Positions 45,841-62,507 of a stretch of 64,000 nt of DNA are shown one piece after another. The position numbers and the translations under genes were made by a program. The stretch lies in assembly GCF_002854065.1 (NCBI RefSeq), contig NZ_CP024147.1; one strand, 5' to 3'. The notes beneath the pieces are model-generated. The model saw only the letters and a list, made by a program, of their open reading frames with translations, was not told the DNA's origin and searched no databases. Positions within the stretch are counted from its first letter, which is position 1. Each line of letters opens with the position of its first letter. Origin of the DNA: Escherichia coli. GTDB taxonomy: Bacteria > Pseudomonadota > Gammaproteobacteria > Enterobacterales > Enterobacteriaceae.

Positions 45841-46036
45841 CCTCCTTTCTTCAAGGCGGCAATATTATTTTCGTTGACTTTAGTCAAAATGATAACGGTT
45901 TGAGATAAAGTTATTTTATATTCAAATGGTTATGAAAGAAGATTATTCCATCCGAAAACTAACCTTTGCCCTGGCACAAGTCTTCTTTCGCCGCGCGCCT
46001 GGGGAAAAGACGTGCAAAAAGGTTGTGTAAAGCAGT

Positions 46037-46052
46037 CTCGCAAACGTTTGCT
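46037..46052. promoter_or_regulatory. PurR operator (pur box) of purMN
   Basis: tcgcaaacgtttgctt, close match to the pur-box palindrome ACGCAAACGTTTGCGT; 65-80 bp upstream of purM start. Confidence 0.7.
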
Positions 46053-46098
46053 TTCCCTGTTAGAATTGCGCCGAATTTTATTTTTCTACCGCAAGTAA

Positions 46099-47153
<1,055 letters not shown>

Positions 47154-47154
<1 letters not shown>

Positions 47155-47792
47155 TGAATATTGTGGTGCTTATTTCCGGCAACGGAAGTAATTTACAGGC
47201 AATTATTGACGCCTGTAAAACCAACAAAATTAAAGGCACCGTACGGGCAGTTTTCAGCAATAAGGCCGACGCGTTCGGCCTTGAACGCGCCCGCCAGGCG
47301 GGTATTGCAACGCATACGCTCATCGCCAGCGCGTTTGACAGTCGTGAAGCCTATGACCGGGAGTTGATTCATGAAATCGACATGTACGCACCCGATGTGG
47401 TCGTGCTGGCTGGTTTTATGCGCATTCTCAGCCCGGCGTTTGTCTCCCACTATGCCGGGCGTTTGCTGAACATTCACCCTTCTCTGCTGCCGAAATATCC
47501 CGGATTACACACCCATCGTCAGGCGCTGGAAAATGGCGATGAAGAGCACGGTACATCGGTGCATTTCGTCACCGATGAACTGGACGGTGGCCCGGTTATT
47601 TTACAGGCGAAAGTCCCGGTATTTGCTGGTGATACGGAAGATGACGTCACCGCCCGCGTGCAAACCCAGGAACACGCCATTTATCCACTGGTGATTAGCT
47701 GGTTTGCCGATGGTCGTCTGAAAATGCACGAAAACGCCGCGTGGCTGGATGGTCAACGTCTGCCGCCGCAGGGCTACGCTGCCGACGAGTAA
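47154..47792 (+). CDS. purN: Phosphoribosylglycinamide formyltransferase
   Basis: 212-aa ORF MNIVVLISGNGSNLQAIIDACK...; start overlaps purM stop. Confidence 0.95.
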
Positions 47793-47806
47793 TGCCCCGT
47801 AGTTAA

Positions 47807-47834
47807 AGCGCCAGCTCTGCCGCTGGCGTTTTTC
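47807..47834 (+). terminator. Rho-independent terminator after purN
   Basis: agcgccagc-tctgcc-gctggcg hairpin followed by ttttt. Confidence 0.8.
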
Positions 47835-47962
47835 AATTCACCTGTAAATCGCAAGCTCCAGCAGTTTTTTTCCCCCTTTTCTGGCATAGTTGGACATCTG
47901 CCAATATTGCTCGCCATAATATCCAGGCAGTGTCCCGTGAATAAAACGGAGTAAAAGTGGTA

Positions 47963-51575
<3,613 letters not shown>

Positions 51576-51580
51576 TGCTT

Positions 51581-51609
51581 TGCGGGCCGACGAGAAATGT
51601 CGGCCCGCA
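51581..51609. terminator. Bidirectional hairpin terminator between convergent ppx and yfgF
   Basis: tgcgggccgac-gagaaat-gtcggcccgca, 11-bp perfect stem. Confidence 0.75.
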
Positions 51610-51613
51610 TTAT

Positions 51614-53857
51614 TCAGGCACTTTCGCGAATGGGTTCGATTTCATTCAGCGTATCAATTAACGGTTGCGGCTTACCAATAAGATAACCCTGCATATAATC
51701 GATCCCCAAAGAGAGCACTGCCTCGCGGATCTCTTCGTTTTCAACGTACTCTGCCACTACCAGCATTTTCTTCATTCGCGCCAGGTGGCAAATCGATGCC
51801 ACTATCTGATAATCCAGACTATTTGACACAATATTGCGGATAAAACTGCCGTCAATTTTAAGCAGATCGGCATTCACATTTTTAAGCCGCGCATAGCTGG
51901 CGTAGCCGGTGCCGAAATCATCAATCGCAATCTGGCAGCCTAATTCCTGAAGATGCTGCAAGGTGATTTGCGCCTGCTTAACATTGGTCAGAGCATTACT
52001 TTCGGTGACTTCAAAAATAAGTTGCCACGCTTCAATCTGATATTTAGCCAGCAACTGACTGACTTCAACAGGAAAACGAGCCTGACATACCGAGGTTGGA
52101 GACAGATTAATAGCAAAACGGTGAGCGGGCATCTTCGCTCTGTTTTCAGCCATAAATTGCAGCGTATGCTCAATGACCCACATGTCGATACTCGACGATA
52201 AACCAAATTCGTGCGCGACCGGCAAGAAGCTATCGGGGCTGATCAGTTCATCATTCTCACCTTTCATGCGCAGAAGAATTTCATGGTAAACATCACCACG
52301 CATACCTGTAATCGGCTGGGCCATCAGGAAAAAATGGTTGTGTTCCAGCGCCTGCTGTAGTCGATTCATCATCGCGACTTTATCTTTCAATTCGCGTTGC
52401 AAATACATTGCCCCGCGACGCTGCATATTTTCCGGGGCGTTGGTCACGATGGAAAGTTCGGCGACCGTATTTAGCTCTCCCAGCAGCAGGTAGATATGAT
52501 TCACTGGCGAGCGCACATAGCAGTAACTGACGCCAATCTGCGGTTGCATCGGCATGCCATCCCAAAAGAAACGAAATTGCTTGAGATGGCTATCCAGTGC
52601 GGTAATGCGCTCCTGGTGCGATTCTGTATTCAGTCGCAGCGCGAGATCGTTACCCGAAAGCTGATAAACATCTTCACCCGGTTCCAGCAATGGTGACAGC
52701 CAGTGAGAAAGTTTTTGCTTGTATTGAATCCGCAGCATGATGCCATAGTTTTTAACCAGCATTTCCATGCCAGGGATGCGTAAATAACAAAGCGCAGACC
52801 AGGGGGCATCACGCAACGCGCGATTCAGGGCGCGAACATTTGGCAGATGAACCACCGGGTCCACATACGCAAGCCGTTGAATGCGTCTGACTACCGCTCT
52901 CTGACGGGTTGCCAGTACAGCCATATAATTGACAATAAAAGAGAATACCAGATAACTTGAGGAGGTTATGGTCAGCTGCGTGGTATAGCCAGGATAAATG
53001 GGAATGTAATTTTGATAGCTGTGGATGCTGATCATCAACACGACCGCCCAGAGCAGTGAAATCAGCTTATAACCATAGCGCATCGCTCCCCACATCATCA
53101 GGGGCAGCAATAATGACAAGGTATAATTGGTGCTAAAAATTGTGCTTTTTTCATTTAACGGCATGCATAACAGCAACAGTAAAGCACCTAATGCCAGTAG
53201 CCAGAGTGCGAACTCTTTTTTGGTGACTTTGACATCAACCTGCTGTTTTAATTGCGAATAATAACTACGTAAATAAAACGGATTTCGAACTACCCGAATG
53301 ATGAAGTAGCACAGCGGGACACCAATCAGATTGCCCACCAGTAAGGCCTGATAATTGATTAAGGTCCCGAGGTTAAAAGGCATGACGCCGACCAGATTTT
53401 CTCTGCTCGCCAGTAATCCTACAAACGCAGCAAACTGGAAAAGTATCAGAAACAGCGTTGCAGGAAACACAATCTGCCAGAATATACGCTGGGAAATTAA
53501 ACGGGTATCACCATGTGAAACGTTGTTACGCCGGGGAGTAAAGACCCTGTAACCGCCCCAACAGAGAATGATAATGATAATAAAATTAGCCGTTAATGAG
53601 AGCGTTTCGTAAAAACCCAGCTCTGCATATTTGCGGACAAAAATCCCTAAGGCGATCCCTGGCAATGCCGCCCAGCTGAAAAACATCATCATGCTGATCA
53701 TCAGTGCCAAAGGCAGATAAAAGAGAAAAACCTCACCGGAAGAAATATGCGCGAAAGTATTAATGTGGGCGAAAATGGGCAAGATTAAAGAAGGCAGGAA
53801 CAGCGGAAGCCCCCACCATTTATCACGTATTTTTATATAAGTTGCATTCAGTTTCAT
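51614..53857 (-). CDS. pdeF: c-di-GMP phosphodiesterase PdeF (YfgF): MASE1 membrane domain, degenerate GGDEF, EAL
   Basis: 747-aa ORF; N-terminal polytopic membrane region; C-terminal EAL-domain motifs. Confidence 0.92.
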   Translation of the reverse strand: MKLNATYIKIRDKWWGLPLFLPSLILPIFAHINTFAHISSGEVFLFYLPLALMISMMMFFSWAALPGIALGIFVRKYAELGFYETLSLTANFIIIIILCWGGYRVFTPRRNNVSHGDTRLISQRIFWQIVFPATLFLILFQFAAFVGLLASRENLVGVMPFNLGTLINYQALLVGNLIGVPLCYFIIRVVRNPFYLRSYYSQLKQQVDVKVTKKEFALWLLALGALLLLLCMPLNEKSTIFSTNYTLSLLLPLMMWGAMRYGYKLISLLWAVVLMISIHSYQNYIPIYPGYTTQLTITSSSYLVFSFIVNYMAVLATRQRAVVRRIQRLAYVDPVVHLPNVRALNRALRDAPWSALCYLRIPGMEMLVKNYGIMLRIQYKQKLSHWLSPLLEPGEDVYQLSGNDLALRLNTESHQERITALDSHLKQFRFFWDGMPMQPQIGVSYCYVRSPVNHIYLLLGELNTVAELSIVTNAPENMQRRGAMYLQRELKDKVAMMNRLQQALEHNHFFLMAQPITGMRGDVYHEILLRMKGENDELISPDSFLPVAHEFGLSSSIDMWVIEHTLQFMAENRAKMPAHRFAINLSPTSVCQARFPVEVSQLLAKYQIEAWQLIFEVTESNALTNVKQAQITLQHLQELGCQIAIDDFGTGYASYARLKNVNADLLKIDGSFIRNIVSNSLDYQIVASICHLARMKKMLVVAEYVENEEIREAVLSLGIDYMQGYLIGKPQPLIDTLNEIEPIRESA

Positions 53858-54208
53858 AGATGCTCAGCAGAATCCCCCACATCCTGAAGGAGGTGTATTC
53901 AGACAGGCATCCCACCTGACTTCGAATGATGATTATTCATCACTATAGAGAGCATTGATTCTAAGTGTCATATGAAAGTTCCAATTGATATATATCAAAC
54001 AAAATAACCCTGATTAATGAATTATTACGTTTATCATGTTAATTCATCATTATTACATCATCATTGTAAATAATTAAATTAACTTCCATAACATTAAAAT
54101 ATGTATCCACTGACGCTTTTTTACATAACGAAGAATTGACCATTTTGTCCTGTTGTGCCTTAATGTAAGTACCGTCCACAGCGTGGGACATACTTCAAGG
54201 AACCTTTT

Positions 54209-54400
54209 GTGAGTCAGGCAACCAGTATGCGAAAACGACACCGATTTAACAGTCGCATGACCCGTATCGTACTGCTCATCAGCTTTATCTTCTTCTTTGG
54301 CCGTTTTATCTACTCGTCCGTCGGTGCCTGGCAGCACCATCAGAGCAAAAAAGAAGCTCAGCAATCCACACTCTCCGTCGAATCACCGGTACAACGTTAG
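54209..54400 (+). CDS. yfgG: Small membrane protein YfgG
   Basis: 63-aa ORF MSQATSMRKRHRFNSRMTRIVLLISFIFFFGRF...; one hydrophobic segment; position matches K-12. Confidence 0.8.
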   Translation: MSQATSMRKRHRFNSRMTRIVLLISFIFFFGRFIYSSVGAWQHHQSKKEAQQSTLSVESPVQR

Positions 54401-54710
54401 CGGTTACCTTCTCCACTTTCACAGAACATAACGGCACTTCGCTGTCGGATGCTTTTGCTCTTTGGGATTATCAAAGCGGCAGATATTCTTTCATCTTAAA
54501 TTTTACGTCTTTGTCCTGACTGATGTTTATCCTGTTTGGCTGCGAAATAAATATAAAATTAATATATATGTTGTAATGATATATTTTTATAAATTATTCC
54601 CTGCGTGAATTTTAATAAATTTAATCTATCCCTTTATACGCAATACATTTACTTTCCTCTTTTGATGATCTTAAATGTCTTATTTTTCGTAATGTGTATA
54701 ACAAGGAATA

Positions 54711-55229
54711 GTGATGAAATTTAAAAAATGTCTTCTGCCTGTGGCAATGTTAGCGTCATTCACTCTTGCAGGATGCCAGTCAAATGCTGACGATCATGCC
54801 GCCGATGTTTATCAAACCGATCAACTGAATACCAAACAAGAAACTAAAACCGTTAATATTATTTCCATTCTTCCCGCAAAAGTTGCCGTAGACAACTCCC
54901 AAAATAAACGGAACGCACAAGCCTTCGGCGCGCTTATTGGCGCAGTCGCTGGCGGTGTTATCGGCCACAACGTCGGGTCTGGCAGCAATTCCGGAACGAC
55001 GGCAGGTGCAGTTGGCGGCGGAGCTGTAGGCGCGGCAGCGGGTTCTATGGTGAATGATAAAACCTTAGTGGAAGGTGTTTCTTTAACGTATAAGGAAGGC
55101 ACCAAAGTGTATACCTCTACTCAGGTGGGTAAAGAGTGCCAGTTTACGACAGGTTTAGCCGTTGTTATTACCACGACGTATAACGAAACGCGTATTCAGC
55201 CAAATACCAAATGTCCTGAAAAGAGCTAA
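54711..55229 (+). CDS. yfgH: Outer-membrane lipoprotein YfgH (glycine-zipper type)
   Basis: 172-aa ORF with lipobox LAGC and Gly-rich GxxxG zipper region (GALIGAVAGGVIGHNVGSG). Confidence 0.85.
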   Translation: MMKFKKCLLPVAMLASFTLAGCQSNADDHAADVYQTDQLNTKQETKTVNIISILPAKVAVDNSQNKRNAQAFGALIGAVAGGVIGHNVGSGSNSGTTAGAVGGGAVGAAAGSMVNDKTLVEGVSLTYKEGTKVYTSTQVGKECQFTTGLAVVITTTYNETRIQPNTKCPEKS

Positions 55230-55244
55230 TAATCAGGAGGAGTC

Positions 55245-55784
55245 ATGAAGAAAGTTTTTCTTTGCGCCATCTTAGCCTCCTTAAGCTATCCGGCTATCGC
55301 CTCATCATTGCAGGATCAACTCTCTGCTGTCGCAGAAGCGGAACAGCAAGGTAAAAATGAAGAGCAAAGGCAGCATGACGAATGGGTCGCGGAGCGCAAC
55401 AGGGAAATCCAGCAAGAGAAGCAACGTCGCGCAAATGCCCAGGCCGCCGCTAACAAAAGAGCGGCAACGGCAGCGGCAAATAAGAAAGCTCGTCAGGATA
55501 AACTGGACGCCGAAGCCACTGCGGACAAAAAACGCGATCAAAGTTATGAAGATGAGCTACGCAGCTTAGAGATTCAGAAACAAAAACTGGCGCTGGCAAA
55601 AGAAGAAGCCCGCGTTAAGCGAGAAAACGAATTTATCGATCAGGAACTGAAGCACAAAGCTGCGCAAACCGATGTGGTGCAATCTGAAGCTGACGCCAAC
55701 AGAAATATGACTGAAGGCGGTCGCGATCTGATGAAAAGCGTGGGCAAAGCAGAAGAGAACAAATCGGACAGCTGGTTTAATTAA
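55245..55784 (+). CDS. yfgI: Secreted coiled-coil protein YfgI
   Basis: 179-aa ORF with signal peptide MKKVFLCAILASLSYPAIA and charged Ala/Lys/Glu-rich low-complexity region. Confidence 0.85.
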   Translation: MKKVFLCAILASLSYPAIASSLQDQLSAVAEAEQQGKNEEQRQHDEWVAERNREIQQEKQRRANAQAAANKRAATAAANKKARQDKLDAEATADKKRDQSYEDELRSLEIQKQKLALAKEEARVKRENEFIDQELKHKAAQTDVVQSEADANRNMTEGGRDLMKSVGKAEENKSDSWFN

Positions 55785-55822
55785 TCGATGTTACTAACTT
55801 CAATCCTATGATTCGTGAGTAT

Positions 55823-55854
55823 AAAAAACCCTCTGTAGTAACAGAGGGTTTTGT
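55823..55854. terminator. Bidirectional terminator between convergent yfgI and guaA
   Basis: aaaaaccctctg-tagtaa-cagagggtttt hairpin flanked by A and T runs. Confidence 0.8.
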
Positions 55855-55876
55855 TCATTCATAGTGCAGGGTCAAA

Positions 55877-57454
55877 TCATTCCCACTCAATGGTAGCTGG
55901 CGGCTTGCCGCTGATGTCATACACCACGCGGGAAATACCGTTCACTTCATTGATAATGCGGTTGGAAACGCGACCGAGGAAATCGTACGGCAGGTGCGCC
56001 CAGTGTGCGGTCATGAAGTCGATGGTTTCGACAGCACGCAGAGAGACAACCCAGTCGTATTTACGACCATCGCCCATTACGCCAACAGAACGTACCGGCA
56101 GGAAGACAGTGAACGCCTGGCTGACTTTGTCGTACAGATCCGCTTTACGCAGCTCTTCAATGAAGATGGCATCAGCACGGCGCAGCAGGTCACAGTACTC
56201 TTTCTTCACTTCGCCCAGTACACGAACGCCGAGGCCCGGTCCCGGGAACGGGTGACGGTAGAGCATGTCGTACGGCAGGCCCAGCTCCAGACCAATCTTA
56301 CGCACTTCGTCTTTGAACAGCTCTTTCAGCGGTTCAACCAGGCCCATCTTCATCTCTTTCGGCAGGCCGCCCACGTTGTGGTGAGATTTGATGACGTGTG
56401 CTTTACCGGTTGCAGACGCCGCAGATTCGATAACGTCAGGGTAGATGGTGCCCTGTGCCAGCCACTTCACGTCTTCCAGTTTCAGCGCTTCTTCATCGAA
56501 TACTTCAACGAAAACGCGACCGATGATTTTACGTTTTGCTTCCGGATCGTTTTCGCCAGCCAGCGCTGACAGGAAGCGATCTTCTGCCGGAACGTGAACA
56601 ATGTTCAGACCAAAGTGATCGCCAAACATATCCAGAACCTGCTCTGCTTCGTTGAGACGCAGCAGGCCGTTGTCGACGAATACGCAAGTCAGGTTTTTAC
56701 CGATAGCGCGGTGCAGCAGCATTGCGGTTACGGAGGAATCCACACCACCAGAGAGGCCGAGGATAACTTTATCGTCGCCTACCTGCTCGCGGATGCGAGC
56801 TACAGCATCGTCGATAATTTTCGCTGGCGTCCACAGGGCTTCACACTGGCAGATATCACGCACAAAACGCTCCAGCATGCGCATACCCTGGCGGGTGTGA
56901 GTCACTTCCGGGTGGAACTGTACGCCATAGAAGCGTTTTTCTTCGTTAGCCATAATGGCAAACGGGCAGCTTTCGGTGCTGGCTACGGTGATGAAGTCGG
57001 ACGGGATAGCGGTAACTTTATCGCCGTGGCTCATCCAGACATCGAGCAGCGGTTTACCGTCTGCGGTCAGCGCATCTTCGATACCGCGAACCAGTGCGCT
57101 GTCGTTTACGACTTCAACCTGCGCGTAGCCAAATTCACGTTCGTTAGAGGCTTCAACGTGACCGCCCAACTGCATTGCCATGGTCTGCATGCCATAGCAA
57201 ACGCCGAATACCGGTACGCCTGCTTCAAAGACATACTGCGGCGCACGCGGGCTGTTTTCTTCAGTAGTACTTTCCGGGCCGCCGGAAAGAATAATGCCGC
57301 TTGGATTGAAGTCACGAATTTGTGCTTCTGTCACATCCCACGCCCACAGTTCGCAGTAAACACCCAGCTCACGCACGCGGCGCGCAACCAGTTGAGTGTA
57401 CTGAGAACCGAAGTCCAGAATGAGGATGCGATGCTTATGAATGTTTTCCGTCAT
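55877..57454 (-). CDS. guaA: GMP synthase (glutamine-hydrolysing)
   Basis: 525-aa [36 protein letters not shown]... Confidence 0.96.
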
Positions 57455-57522
57455 TGACGCTTATTCCGAGGCAAGTGAAACAGATAATATAAATCGCCCG
57501 ACATGAAGTCGGGCGAAGAGAA

Positions 57523-58989
57523 TCAGGAGCCCAGACGGTAGTTCGGGGACTCTTTAGTAATGGTCACGTCGTGAACGTGGCTTTCCTGAATGCCCGCACC
57601 GCTGATACGTACAAACTCCGCTTTAGTACGCAGTTCGTCGATAGTACCACAGCCGGTCAAACCCATACAGGAGCGCAGGCCGCCCATCTGCTGGTGAATG
57701 ATCTCTTTCAGGCGACCTTTATAAGCTACGCGACCTTCGATACCTTCCGGCACCAGTTTGTCGGCAGCGTTATCGCTCTGGAAATAACGGTCAGAGGAAC
57801 CTTTGGACATCGCGCCCAGAGAGCCCATCCCACGGTAAGATTTGTAAGAACGGCCCTGGTAGAGTTCAATTTCACCCGGAGATTCTTCAGTACCTGCCAG
57901 CATGGAACCCACCATTACCGCGCTTGCGCCAGCGGCGATAGCTTTGGCGATGTCGCCAGAGAAACGGATACCGCCGTCAGCGATAACCGGAATGCCGGTG
58001 CCTTCCAGCGCTTCAACTGCGTCAGCAACGGCAGTGATCTGCGGAACACCTACGCCAGTCACGATACGAGTCGTACAGATAGAGCCAGGGCCGATACCGA
58101 CTTTAACCGCGCTGCAACCAGCTTCTGCCAGAGCGCGTGCACCTGCAGCTGTTGCCACGTTGCCGCCGATGATTTGCAGATCCGGATATTTAGCACGGGT
58201 TTCACGGATACGCTGCAAAACGCCTTCTGAGTGACCGTGGGAGGAGTCGATCAGCAGAACGTCAACGCCAGCGGCAACCAGCGCGTCAACACGCTCTTCG
58301 TTACCCGCACCTGCGCCAACTGCAGCACCAACACGCAGACGGCCTTGCTCGTCTTTACAGGCGTTCGGTTTACGTTCCGCTTTCTGGAAATCTTTCACGG
58401 TGATCATGCCGATCAGGTGGAATTCGTCATCAACCACCAGCGCTTTTTCAACGCGTTTTTCGTGCATTTTTGCCAGCACCACTTCACGGGCTTCACCTTC
58501 ACGCACGGTGACCAGACGCTCTTTCGGCGTCATGTAAACGCTAACCGGCTGGTTCAGGTCGGTAACAAAACGCACGTCACGACCGGTGATAATACCCACC
58601 AGTTCGTTTTCTTCGGTAACGACCGGATAGCCCGCAAAACCGTTACGCTCGGTCAGTTCTTTCACTTCGCGCAGCGTCGTGGTTGGCAGAACAGTCTGCG
58701 GATCAGTCACCACACCAGATTCGTGTTTTTTCACACGGCGAACTTCTTCTGCCTGGCGTTCAATGGACATGTTTTTGTGGATAAAGCCGATACCGCCTTC
58801 CTGAGCCAGAGCAATAGCCAGGCGCGCTTCCGTTACGGTATCCATTGCTGCGGAAAGCATAGGGATATTCAGACGAATAGTTTTCGTCAGCTGGGTGCTG
58901 AGGTCAGCAGTATTCGGCAGAACGGTAGAATGAGCAGGAACGAGGAGAACGTCGTCAAACGTCAGAGCTTCTTTAGCGATACGTAGCAT
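57523..58989 (-). CDS. guaB: IMP dehydrogenase
   Basis: Start set at [21 protein letters not shown] (488 aa); ORF track extends 23 codons upstream. Confidence 0.95.
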
Positions 58990-59120
58990 GGGCAATATCT
59001 CGACCAGAGTGGTTAATAAATATTGCCGCGGCATTATACAGAGCGTAACCGATTGCATCTACCCCTTTTTGCAAAAAATGCTTGCTATCCCCGAAGGGCG
59101 GGTTACTATCGACTGAATAA

Positions 59121-60527
<1,407 letters not shown>

Positions 60528-60595
60528 GCCGGAAAAGAGGCGCCAGCATCGCATTAGGCAATAGCGCCCAGGCTACGCCAAATGCGCTCCCCTCG

Positions 60596-62507
60596 TCACT
60601 GGAAACAAGTAACCAGACCAGGTTTATTGGCTAACGTGATACTACAATCCTCTGTGCCAGTGCTCTCGTCCATCCCACACCGTTGAGAGGACAAGTAAGG
60701 GAAACTTGGCGAAGCTGGCCATCCCAGCGAATTAAACACAGCATACAATGTCTCTAACTCATTGTATGTCGGTGCATTTTCTATATTTCCACACTGCTTC
60801 GAGATATCCCATTTGCTGGCATCAGTAATATGCGCAGAAGCCCAGTTTTCGTAGTTAATAATCGGTGAGGATACGGGATTGGCCCCGGACGGTAATTCAG
60901 TTGTCAGTATCGGTCGATGTAATGTTTTTCCATTCACCACTGCCGTGTCTGCCATATGCCCCCAGAAGTGAGCAGAAGATACATTTGGGCTGGTCAATAC
61001 GGTGAAAATAGTGTCCATCATTGCAGTCACTGTTGGGTATTTATCCAGCGTTACCGTCAGCGGCGTTTTATAACCCGGCGTATTGTCCTGACGAACAGTA
61101 AAGTTTGCCGTGCCGTCTGCCCCCGTCACGCCACTGATCTCGTTCCCACTAACCGCTAATAGGGTAGCCGCCCCCGATGATGGCTGGATGGTAATATCAT
61201 CCATAGCCGCCACATCGCCATATAGCGTCGCCCCACTATTACGCGGAGAGGCATCACCACGTCGCAGAGTAAACGCCACATTTGGCACAGGTTTCCCGGC
61301 GCTGTCTTTCACCGTCACGGTGACTGGCATTGCCTCGCCCTTCTTCACTTTCGCCGCCTGAGTGGTGGAGTCAAATGCCGTTGACGTCAGGGTGACGGTA
61401 GAAACCGTTGAGTGAGGGTGCACCAGGCACGCCTGGAAGGCGCGGCTTTTAGATACAGTAACAATTTGACCTGTATTGAAGTCAAATGATTCACAAGAAT
61501 TCGCGCCCGCAGGACAATCTGCATTTGTCCACCACACATAGCTATTCTGTTTCACCGGCCAGCCAATCTCATTGACGATAGAGCCATTCGGATAGCGGTT
61601 GTATAAAGATTGAAGCTCATCCAACGATGGATATCGTGCGCTTTCACAAGGGGTAAGCTCCGGCAAATATCGCTGGGTAATATATGGCGCAGGCCAGCTT
61701 TCATTATTTATATTCACTTTAGTGAGCGAATAACCGCCACCGCTGGTTGCCCCCATTTCGGTCCACAGTTTCATCCGCTCAAACTGCGTTCCGTCTGCTG
61801 AGCTTACCGTTTCTGGCATATGTCCCCAGAAATTGGCTTTGGGCGTATCCGGGCTTGTTACTACGGTATACATCAGGTCGAGATCTGACTTTACCCCTGT
61901 GTCACGTGCAAGCGTCGCCGTAAACGGTGTTACCAGTCCCCAGGTATTATCCTGCGTAGCGGTTAACGTGATGATGCCATTACCGTCCGTAACCCCGTTC
62001 CAACTGGCGTTATCATCTGCAAATTTGTAATTGGCTTGCGCAACCGGCGTCAGGAACTGTAGCAGTAGATCATCTGCTGTCGAGCTTTTGAAATCACTCG
62101 TAGTGCGCACTTGTGCTGTCGCACGCGACAACGTGACGCTTTCATAGGCGGCAGGTCTGCCCGCATCATCCGTGACCTTGATGGTTAACGGTATTGATTC
62201 GCCCTTCTTCGCCCATGCGGTCGGACGGTTGTCGTTGATGCCTGTTTTGTCCGCATTCAGCAACGTAGAGGTCAACTCAATCTTCGTTGCCTCAGTGTGC
62301 GGGGTCAACCAGGCAGAGCATTAAATTGCCCGCCGTCGATGTTGTGCTTTCGTTGCGGATAGCACCGTCCATCAGATTAAGCACCTGGTTATACCATGTT
62401 GAACTTGAAACAGTTTGATCGTACGCCCACCAGTAATTACCTGCGTTAAGAGGCAGCCCCAAATCAGTTTCCAGCGCACCATTTGGATGGTCGTTGTAAA
62501 GCCCCAT
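60596..62507 (-). pseudogene. RatA/RatB-invasin-like repetitive Ig-domain protein, C-terminal part, reading frame broken
   Basis: ORFs 62292-62507 and 60596-62308 share the repeat architecture of the upstream ORF (WGHM motif, LYN...GWP motif, VTVKD..G.P....FTL.RGD Ig-like motif); frames joined only by a 1-nt shift in the G4 run at 62301-62304. Confidence 0.55.

Noticed and set aside
44998-45903. 301-aa plus-strand ORF over upp and the uraA 5' end
   Set aside because: Antisense to upp and to the upp promoter; no homology signal.
56594-57457. 287-aa plus-strand ORF inside guaA, and similar ORFs at 57571-58230 and 58231-58986 inside guaB
   Set aside because: Antisense shadow ORFs within highly conserved purine genes.
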